A stretch of DNA of 64,000 bases, from NCBI GenBank assembly GCA_964557005.1, contig CAZKYI010000003.1:89911-153910 (forward strand). The letters are read 5' to 3'. Below the pieces are notes generated by a model. The model had not been told where the DNA came from and ran no database searches. It saw only the letters and a list, made by a program, of their open reading frames with translations. The DNA is from an uncultured Pseudomonadales bacterium. Its GTDB lineage: Bacteria > Pseudomonadota > Gammaproteobacteria > Pseudomonadales > JBECKS01. The number at the start of each line of letters is the position of its first letter. Within the stretch, counting starts at the first letter, position 1. This document shows positions 29,045 through 35,707 of this stretch, piece by piece. Both the position numbers and the translations under genes were made by a program.

Positions 29045-29114
29045 TTTATCGGACATTAAATATCAATATTTCGGCTTTTATCGGACATTTTTAGTGGCTT
29101 TTTGTCCGATAAAA
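29045..29114. repeat. Three copies of TTTATCGGACA (two direct at 29045 and 29077, one inverted at 29103); the last two form a 12-bp-arm hairpin
   Basis: Read directly from the sequence between the convergent BrnA-like and ATPase genes. It could serve as a bidirectional terminator, a protein-binding array, or both. Confidence 0.55.
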
Positions 29115-29132
29115 GTCAGCAGGACACTTTTC

Positions 29133-30314
29133 TCACCTTGCATCAAGCGTCTGAATCAAACGCGTTGTTTCGCGAAAACTGGCGTATTCAATACCATCGG
29201 TAAACATGTGTTGCTCACCCCCGTAAAGCACAGCGGGTGTTTGTGCCGTATCGCTCAGGCGCATGAATTTAAGCAGATTCCTGCCCTGCCACGAGTCGTA
29301 AGTCATACTGCCTTTGATTTCAATCGGTAGCAGTTGCCTGCCACGTCGCGCCAGCAAATCTACCTCCAACCCTTGCTGATCACGGAAGAAATACAGTTCC
29401 GCTTCCCGCCCCGCATTCAGGCGTGCCTTGAGCGCTTCAACCACCACCATGTTTTCAAACAGGTTACCGAATAGCGGGTCTCGCGCTATCTGGGCAGGTG
29501 TTTCGATGCCCAATAACCAAGCCGCAAGCCCGGGTTCGGTAAAATAGATTTTCGGCGCTTTAATCTGGCGCTTGCCGAAGTTTTCAAAATAGCGTGGCAG
29601 GCGAAACACCACGAAGCTCGCTTCCAGCACCGATAACCATGAAGCCAGTGTGGTACTGGATACCCCCACATCGTTGGCCAACGCACTCAGGTTGAGTAAT
29701 TGCCCCACGCGCCCTGCCAATAAACGCACGAAGGTTTCAAACGCTTGCTGTTGGGCAAGGTTAATAAGCTGGCGCACATCGCGTTCCACATAGGTTTGGT
29801 AATACGCTGGATAGAACACAGCGGGTTCAATACCATCGGCATGAATGCCGGGCATAAAGCCATGATGCAGATAGTCGTCACGTTCCAGTCGAATGCCTGC
29901 TTCGCTCAATTCGGCAATGGACAAGGGCAGTAAACGCAACAGGCCAGTGCGTCCAGCGAGCGACTGGGCAATACCTTCGCGCAGTTGTGGCTGATGCGAT
30001 CCGGTCAGAATAAATTGCCCTTTGTGTTTATCTTGCCCTTGCTCGTCCACGCTCACTTGCAGGTAGCTGAGCAATTCAGGCACATGCTGGATTTCATCCA
30101 GAATCAGTGGCCCCGGATGCGCATTGAAGAAACCCAGGGCATCTTCGCGTGCGGCACGACGCAAATCTGGTGATTCCAGATTCAGGTATTTATGCTCAGG
30201 GAATATGGCTCGCGCCAATGTTGTTTTACCCGATTGTCGAGGCCCCAACAGCGTCACAACCGGAAATTGTGCCGCCAATCGTTGCAAATGGGGGGTAATG
30301 TGCCTGTTTAACAT
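29133..30314 (-). CDS. AAA+ ATPase (AAA_14-type) with C-terminal DUF4143 domain, copy A
   Basis: Walker A GPRQSGKTTL, Walker B LILDEIQ, then the ILTGS...LAGR pattern typical of COG1373 proteins. The track start at 30320 is TTG, so I prefer the ATG at 30314. Confidence 0.75.
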   Translation of the reverse strand: MLNRHITPHLQRLAAQFPVVTLLGPRQSGKTTLARAIFPEHKYLNLESPDLRRAAREDALGFFNAHPGPLILDEIQHVPELLSYLQVSVDEQGQDKHKGQFILTGSHQPQLREGIAQSLAGRTGLLRLLPLSIAELSEAGIRLERDDYLHHGFMPGIHADGIEPAVFYPAYYQTYVERDVRQLINLAQQQAFETFVRLLAGRVGQLLNLSALANDVGVSSTTLASWLSVLEASFVVFRLPRYFENFGKRQIKAPKIYFTEPGLAAWLLGIETPAQIARDPLFGNLFENMVVVEALKARLNAGREAELYFFRDQQGLEVDLLARRGRQLLPIEIKGSMTYDSWQGRNLLKFMRLSDTAQTPAVLYGGEQHMFTDGIEYASFRETTRLIQTLDAR

Positions 30315-30362
30315 AAACAACAGCCTGTTATTTCTTTATATAACAACAAGATAGGTTATTTT

Positions 30363-30397
30363 TTGATAAATCTCAAGTTCAACTTGAAATTTATCAA
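30363..30397. promoter_or_regulatory. 35-bp near-perfect palindrome TTGATAAATCTCAAGTTCAACTTGAAATTTATCAA
   Basis: 32 of 35 positions are self-complementary. It lies between the divergently transcribed DUF4143 ATPase genes A and B. Confidence 0.5.
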
Positions 30398-30467
30398 GAT
30401 TCGGGGTGTTACAGGTGAGCAGTGCTGCCAGTTTTATTGCTGCTGCCCGCCATCTACCCCGCTTGTT

Positions 30468-30496
30468 TTACTCAATACATTGAGTAAAATTACTCA
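30468..30496. promoter_or_regulatory. TTACTCAA-TACA-TTGAGTAA inverted repeat plus a third TTACTCA copy abutting the ATG of ATPase B
   Basis: Read directly; the repeat ends 2 nt before the start codon at 30499. It could be an operator or a start-site-occluding RNA hairpin. Confidence 0.45.
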
Positions 30497-30498
30497 GT

Positions 30499-31704
30499 AT
30501 GATGAGCAAAATAACGAAACCCTTCCAGCGACCACAAGCCGATACCCTGACAGCACGCTTGCATGAACCGCGCCGTTTTATCCAAGTGGTGGCTGGGCCG
30601 CGCCAAACAGGCAAATCCACCTTGGTGCAACAGGTGTGCGACAAGCTGTCACTGCCCGTGCATCAGGCCAGTGCCGACGAACCCACCTTGCGCAGCATCG
30701 AGTGGATTAGCCAGCAATGGGAAGCTGCTCGTCTGGCCATTGCCGGCCTTGAAGGTGCTGTGCTGGTGCTGGACGAAATCCAGAAAATTCCCAACTGGTC
30801 AGAAACTGTCAAACGCCTGTGGGACGAAGATACCCGAGCCAAACGCCCGCTCCATGTAGTCTTGCTTGGCTCGGCTCCGTTATTGATTGCCCAAGGCCTA
30901 ACAGAAAGTTTGGCTGGACGCTTCGAAATACTGCCACTGTCACACTGGTCACTGGCAGAAATGCACGCCGCTTTTGGCTGGTCGCTCGACGAATACCTTT
31001 TCTATGGTGGCTATCCTGGTGCTGCCCCCCTGATAACAGAGCCGACTCGCTGGGTTCGCTATGTGGCCGACAGCCTGATTGAAACTTCCATCTCACGCGA
31101 TGTGTTGTTATTAACGCGAGTTGATAAACCTGCATTACTACGGCGCTTGTTTGAATTGAGTTGTCGCTATTCAGGGCAAATACTTTCTTACACCAAGATG
31201 CTTGGGCAATTACAGGACGCGGGTAACACCACCACACTCGCGCACTATCTGGAACTGTTGGCGGGTGCAGGCATGGTTTGTGGCTTGCCCAAATACGCAG
31301 GCGATGTGGCACGCAGCCGAGGCTCCAGCCCCAAATTACAGGTATTGAACACCGCACTGATGACTACTGCATCAGGCTACACACTGGATGAAGCTCGTAA
31401 TGACCGTGAGTTCTGGGGGCACTTGGTGGAATCTTCTGTCGGCGCTCATCTCGCCAACGCTGCCATGCGTGGAGAATGCAAACTGTATTATTGGCGCGAA
31501 CAAAACCATGAAGTGGATTTCATTGTGCAGAGCGGCCGCCGACTGACTGCCATCGAAGTGAAAAGCGGCAGAGCACCACAGGTGCATGCAGGAATCACTG
31601 CTTTCACTCAGGCATTCAAACCACACCGTTCGTTACTGATTGGAGCAGATGGCATTTCCTTGCAGGATTTCCTGACGCACCCTGTTTCGCACTGGATAAA
31701 ATAA
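30499..31704 (+). CDS. AAA+ ATPase (AAA_14-type) with C-terminal DUF4143 domain, copy B
   Basis: Walker A GPRQTGKSTL, Walker B LVLDEIQ, and LLGSAP...LAGRFE. Divergent paralogue of copies A and C. Confidence 0.75.
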   Translation: MMSKITKPFQRPQADTLTARLHEPRRFIQVVAGPRQTGKSTLVQQVCDKLSLPVHQASADEPTLRSIEWISQQWEAARLAIAGLEGAVLVLDEIQKIPNWSETVKRLWDEDTRAKRPLHVVLLGSAPLLIAQGLTESLAGRFEILPLSHWSLAEMHAAFGWSLDEYLFYGGYPGAAPLITEPTRWVRYVADSLIETSISRDVLLLTRVDKPALLRRLFELSCRYSGQILSYTKMLGQLQDAGNTTTLAHYLELLAGAGMVCGLPKYAGDVARSRGSSPKLQVLNTALMTTASGYTLDEARNDREFWGHLVESSVGAHLANAAMRGECKLYYWREQNHEVDFIVQSGRRLTAIEVKSGRAPQVHAGITAFTQAFKPHRSLLIGADGISLQDFLTHPVSHWIK

Positions 31705-31733
31705 AAACTATATGGTGGTGGTGAGCAGCACAG

Positions 31734-31760
31734 CCTGAAATATGGCGCACTATTTGCAGG
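31734..31760 (+). promoter_or_regulatory. Hairpin CCTGAAATA-TGGCGCAC-TATTT(G)CAGG in the nasR 5-prime region
   Basis: 4+5 bp stem with one bulged G. The loop carries AUGGCGC, related to the AAUGGCGC cores of the attenuators at 35.66 kb and 40.16 kb. Confidence 0.3.
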
Positions 31761-31793
31761 GTTATTGGTGTAGATATTTAAAAGCTGACCGAT

Positions 31794-33056
31794 ATGCCAA
31801 TGCCAAATACACCCTCATCTCGCGCTGCCGATTTCATTGCGGCTGCCCGCCATCTGGAACACACCATTCGTGAGGCTTTTGTCGGGCAGGGTCGCCTGAT
31901 ACAAGCCACCAGCCGCCTGATTCATGCAATACAGCGTGAACGTGGTGCCTCCAATCTGTATGTGGCCAACAGTAATCCGCAACACGGTCGGCTGCGCCAG
32001 TCGATGGTCGATGAAACCGCTCTCAGCCTTGCGGAGTTTCTGGCAGCATTGCCGACAACCGATAGCCTTGATCGCACCCTGCTCGGCCATCGGCTGCTGC
32101 TGCAACTGGCCGCCGCCATGCAGGCTCTGGACGAACTGGATAATCTGCGCGAACAGATTAACCAGCAGCAACTAACACCTGCGGCAGTGATTCATCATTA
32201 CAGCCGCATTATTCATACCTTGCTGTGCGTGGTGTTTGAAATTGCCGATATTGCCGCACAACCTGCAATGGCAAGAACGCTGATTGCGCTGGTGAACATC
32301 ATGCAATGCAAGGAACTGTCGGGGCAGGAACGTGCCACGGGTACTGCTGCCTTTGCGGGTAACCACATCAGCACCACTCTGGCGCAACAGTGGCAACAAC
32401 TGATTAAAGCACAGGAGCAATCACTGGATATTTTTCATCAGTTTGCCGATGAACACGCGCAGCAGTTGTGTGGGCAAATCATACAACTACCCGATTACGG
32501 CGAATTTGAAAGCCTGCGCCGCCGCGCCTGCACCAGTGTGGCTGGAAGCTGTTTTCCCGAACACACAGGCGAACGCTGGTTTCATTTATCCAGTCAGCGC
32601 ATCGATGCACTGAAAGACATCGAGGATTATCTGATACAGATTTTACAACAGCAGTGTACGCAACAGATGGAAGCGAGTGGCGATAGCGAACAACACACAG
32701 CAGCGGACAATCGTTATTTTGTGGTGCTGGGCACAGCGGTGGATATGCTGCCACTGGAAGACACACAGCCCTTGCGCCATTATCACAACGATGCCATCAG
32801 CCCGCACATAGGCCGCACCATGATTGAATTGTTATATCAGCAGGCGTGCCGTTTGCAGAAAACTGAAACCGAACTCGCCGATACCCGCAACGCACTCACC
32901 GAAGGTAAACGCATTGCCCGTGCGAAGGCCTTGTTAATCCATCAGCGCAATATCAACGAAAATCAGGCACACCGATTGCTGCAACAAATCGCCATGAATC
33001 AGAACCGCACACTCGGTGATGTCGCCAGCCTGTTACTGGCATTGGAAGAACAGTAA
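31794..33056 (+). CDS. nasR: Nitrate/nitrite-responsive transcription antiterminator (NIT sensor domain plus C-terminal ANTAR domain), NasR-like
   Basis: N-terminal NIT-like region (IHAIQRERGASNLYVA...) and an ANTAR-like C-terminus (KRIARAKALLIHQRNINENQAHRLLQQIAMNQNRTLGDVA). Lies adjacent to nitrite-assimilation genes. Confidence 0.75.
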   Translation: MPMPNTPSSRAADFIAAARHLEHTIREAFVGQGRLIQATSRLIHAIQRERGASNLYVANSNPQHGRLRQSMVDETALSLAEFLAALPTTDSLDRTLLGHRLLLQLAAAMQALDELDNLREQINQQQLTPAAVIHHYSRIIHTLLCVVFEIADIAAQPAMARTLIALVNIMQCKELSGQERATGTAAFAGNHISTTLAQQWQQLIKAQEQSLDIFHQFADEHAQQLCGQIIQLPDYGEFESLRRRACTSVAGSCFPEHTGERWFHLSSQRIDALKDIEDYLIQILQQQCTQQMEASGDSEQHTAADNRYFVVLGTAVDMLPLEDTQPLRHYHNDAISPHIGRTMIELLYQQACRLQKTETELADTRNALTEGKRIARAKALLIHQRNINENQAHRLLQQIAMNQNRTLGDVASLLLALEEQ

Positions 33057-34763
33057 AGCCAAACAAACTATCAGCAGGACAATGGTACTTGTTTGCCAGA
33101 ATAACAAGGGATGACGCTGCATCAGGGTGGTTTGCCGGATCTGGTCAGTTGCTGTCTGTGGGTGTTGTAAATCGTACAGAAATTCAGACAAGGCCGGATA
33201 ACGTTTGTCTGGCGCTATCTGCACGGCTTTCTGTAGTACCGCATCCAGCCATACAGGCAGTTGCGGGTTGACAAGACTGGCAGGCTGGTAACGTAGTTTC
33301 TGCTGAACACTGCTATTGTGCGCAGCGGCGACTGCCGTACCGTAAGGCAACTGGCCAGTCAGCATCTGATAGGTAATCACACCCAGTGAAAACAAATCCG
33401 ATTGTGTGGATGCACCTTCACCATGCAGGTATTCCGGTGCGCTGTATTGTTCGGTGCCCAGAATGGCTTGCCGGTACTGTGCACCCGCAATATCACCGAT
33501 ACCCGCCACATAAGCCGAGCCGAAATCAATAAGGCTGATATTGCCGTGCTGGTCAATCAGAATATTTTTTGGCCGCACGTCCAAATGCAGAATCGATTTG
33601 CGGTGCAGCGCGCGCAAGGCGCTGATGATCTGCGCCACGATGGTGCAGACTTGTTCCAGTGAGGGCTGCGGGTTATCAATCATCCATTGATTCAGTGTGC
33701 AACCTTCACGGTATTCGCTCACGGTATACAAAAACCGACGCTGTGCGTGACGCTGTGGTGCTCCCGGCAGGCGGGCATGACTGATGCGTGTGGTAATCCA
33801 TTCTTCCAGTAACAACCGTTCCAGTGCAGATGGATCCTGACGCATATCCAGCGAGGGTGTTTTAATCACAACCCGTTGCAGATTTTGCTGATCTTCAGCC
33901 AGCCAGATATGACTGCGATGACTGGCATGGAGTTGCCGGATAATGAGGTAGTCTTCAAACAGCATTGCTGGCTGTAGCGGCGGCGGACAGGGTAACTGAG
34001 ATGCCTGCCACAGCACATCGGCAGCACTTGGCAGCGGCAAGTTGTCAATACGGACAATCTGGATGGTCAGGTTGTCATTGCTGCCTGCATCCAGCGCCTG
34101 CTGGCCGATATAGCAGGCGGCTTGTTGCAAATCATCGCAGTGCGTAGTGATTGTCTGACAGATAAAGGACGAGTTCACATAATCGTGAATACCGTCGGTG
34201 GTCAGCAACAGTATGTCGCCCTGTTGTAATGACTGTTGGTGATAATCAATTTCTGCCTGCGCACTGGTGCCAAAAGCCCGTGACAGATAACTGCGCTGCG
34301 GTGAAATCCATAGCCGGTGATCATCAGTTAGCTGCTGTAATACACCATCACGAAACAGATAAACGCGGCTGTCACCAACATGGAACACATGCGCGTTAGT
34401 GGAACAGATAACCACTGCGCTCAATGTACAGATATAACCGTGATCCAGATCATGATTGCGTAACTGTCGTCTGGTTCGGCCATACAACCAGGCGTTAGTG
34501 GCATCCAGCACTCGTCCAGCGGATTCCCGTACCGACCAGGTTTCCGGCGTGCTGAAATAATCACCAAGAAAAGACTGCACCGCAATGGCGCTGGCGACAT
34601 GGCCAACACCACTGCTGCTGATGCCATCGGCAATAGCCAGCGCAATGCCTTTGCTGTGCAGCAACTGTCCCTGCGGTTGCAACAGGCCGTAACTATCCTG
34701 ATTGATCGGTTTATGACCACGGTCGGAATACTGACCAACCGAAATACGCAATGACACTTGCAC
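33033..34763 (-). CDS. Bifunctional PP2C phosphatase / Ser-Thr protein kinase with C-terminal membrane anchor
   Basis: N-terminal PP2C (GQYSDRGHKPINQDSYG, ADGISS, TDGIHD). Central Hanks kinase (VVIKTP, HLDVRPKNILI, DFGSAY, APE). C-terminal TM segment. The start is ambiguous: GTG at 34763 or 34757 (just after the FNT stop), or ATG at 34802 (35-nt overlap). Confidence 0.8.
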   Translation of the reverse strand: MQVSLRISVGQYSDRGHKPINQDSYGLLQPQGQLLHSKGIALAIADGISSSGVGHVASAIAVQSFLGDYFSTPETWSVRESAGRVLDATNAWLYGRTRRQLRNHDLDHGYICTLSAVVICSTNAHVFHVGDSRVYLFRDGVLQQLTDDHRLWISPQRSYLSRAFGTSAQAEIDYHQQSLQQGDILLLTTDGIHDYVNSSFICQTITTHCDDLQQAACYIGQQALDAGSNDNLTIQIVRIDNLPLPSAADVLWQASQLPCPPPLQPAMLFEDYLIIRQLHASHRSHIWLAEDQQNLQRVVIKTPSLDMRQDPSALERLLLEEWITTRISHARLPGAPQRHAQRRFLYTVSEYREGCTLNQWMIDNPQPSLEQVCTIVAQIISALRALHRKSILHLDVRPKNILIDQHGNISLIDFGSAYVAGIGDIAGAQYRQAILGTEQYSAPEYLHGEGASTQSDLFSLGVITYQMLTGQLPYGTAVAAAHNSSVQQKLRYQPASLVNPQLPVWLDAVLQKAVQIAPDKRYPALSEFLYDLQHPQTATDQIRQTTLMQRHPLLFWQTSTIVLLIVCLALLFFQCQ

Positions 34764-34767
34764 AGTT

Positions 34768-35580
34768 TCAGGCCAGTGTACGTCGTGCACCAGTACGCAC
34801 ATGGGTGGTGTACAAAGTCAGCCCGGTAAAGGCCAGTCCACCCACCAGATTACCCAGCGCGGTAGGTATTTCGTTCCAGACAAAATAATCCACCACCGAG
34901 AAATCACCGCCCATCATCATCGCACAGGGAAACAGAAACATGTTTACCACCGAATGCTCAAAACCCATATAAAAGAACAGGAAAATCGGCATCCACATGG
35001 CGATAACCTTGCCGGACACATTGGTGGACACCATCGCGCCAACCACCCCCAGCGATACCATCCAGTTACACAATACGCCACGGAGAAAAATCGTCAGCCA
35101 GCCCATCAGGCCGTATTCGGCATAACCGAGCGTGCGTGCTTCACCGATGTCGGCCAGTTTGTGGCCAACCGCTCCCGGATCGGTATTAAAGCCATAGGTA
35201 AAAATAAACGACATCAGAAACGCTACCGTCAGCGCACCGGCAAAATTGCCGACAAATACCCAACCCCAGTTTTTCAGGATACGGCCAACGGTTACACCCG
35301 GGCGGCGGTCAATCAGTGCCAGCGGTGTCAGCATAAAAACCCCTGTCAGCAGATCAAACCCCATCAGATACAACATGCAAAAGCCGATGGGGAAAAATGC
35401 TGCGCCCAGCAAGGGTGAGCCAGTCTGCACGGTAATGGTCACAGCCATGGCTGCTGCCAGTGTCAGAATGGCACCAGCCATATAGGCACGGATCAATACA
35501 TCGCGGCGCGCCATATACAACTTGGACTCGCCAGCATCGACCATTTTGGTCACAAACTCTGAAGGGACTAGATAAGACAT
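34768..35580 (-). CDS. Formate/nitrite transporter family channel (NirC-like nitrite transporter by context)
   Basis: FNT-type N-terminus and six hydrophobic segments (AILTLAA, FPIGFCML, LTGVFML, NWMVSLG). AGGAGA ribosome-binding site. Confidence 0.8.
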   Translation of the reverse strand: MSYLVPSEFVTKMVDAGESKLYMARRDVLIRAYMAGAILTLAAAMAVTITVQTGSPLLGAAFFPIGFCMLYLMGFDLLTGVFMLTPLALIDRRPGVTVGRILKNWGWVFVGNFAGALTVAFLMSFIFTYGFNTDPGAVGHKLADIGEARTLGYAEYGLMGWLTIFLRGVLCNWMVSLGVVGAMVSTNVSGKVIAMWMPIFLFFYMGFEHSVVNMFLFPCAMMMGGDFSVVDYFVWNEIPTALGNLVGGLAFTGLTLYTTHVRTGARRTLA

Positions 35581-35627
35581 GATTAGGTTCTCCTGTTGGT
35601 TTAATGAATCAGCTGTTTTTCAGCCGC

Positions 35628-35663
35628 AAAAAAAAACGCCCACGACTTTTCAGCCAGTGGGCG
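35628..35663 (-). terminator. Intrinsic terminator between the nirD-fusion gene and the FNT gene (CGCCCAC-13 nt-GTGGGCG followed by U9)
   Basis: Read on the minus strand: a GC-rich 7-bp stem followed by nine U residues. Its 3-prime arm and U-tract are nearly identical to those of the porin-leader terminator. Confidence 0.7.
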
Positions 35664-35707
35664 CCATTACCTGTTTCTATTGAGTGCATGATCGCCATTG
35701 ATCATGC
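35660..35707 (-). promoter_or_regulatory. ANTAR-type dual hexaloop hairpins (P1 GCAUGAUC-AAUGGC-GAUCAUGC; P2 GGU-AAUGGC-GCC), with P2 overlapping the 5-prime arm of the terminator
   Basis: P1 (35686-35707) has a perfect 8-bp stem and lies inside the last codons of the upstream ORF. P2 (35660-35671) spans the stop codon and shares 35660-35662 with the terminator stem. Both loops have A at position 1 and G at position 4, as in known ANTAR targets. Confidence 0.65.

Noticed and set aside
29029-29094. 21-codon mini-ORF (MPDFDVYRTLNINISAFIGHF) with an AAGGAA box upstream
   Set aside because: It is entirely made of the TTTATCGGACA repeat copies. It is more likely a by-product of the repeats than a gene.
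26320-31793. Calling the accessory patch a genomic island or mobile element
   Set aside because: It has no integrase, transposase, tRNA or direct-repeat att sites. Only compositional heterogeneity and accessory-type gene content support it.
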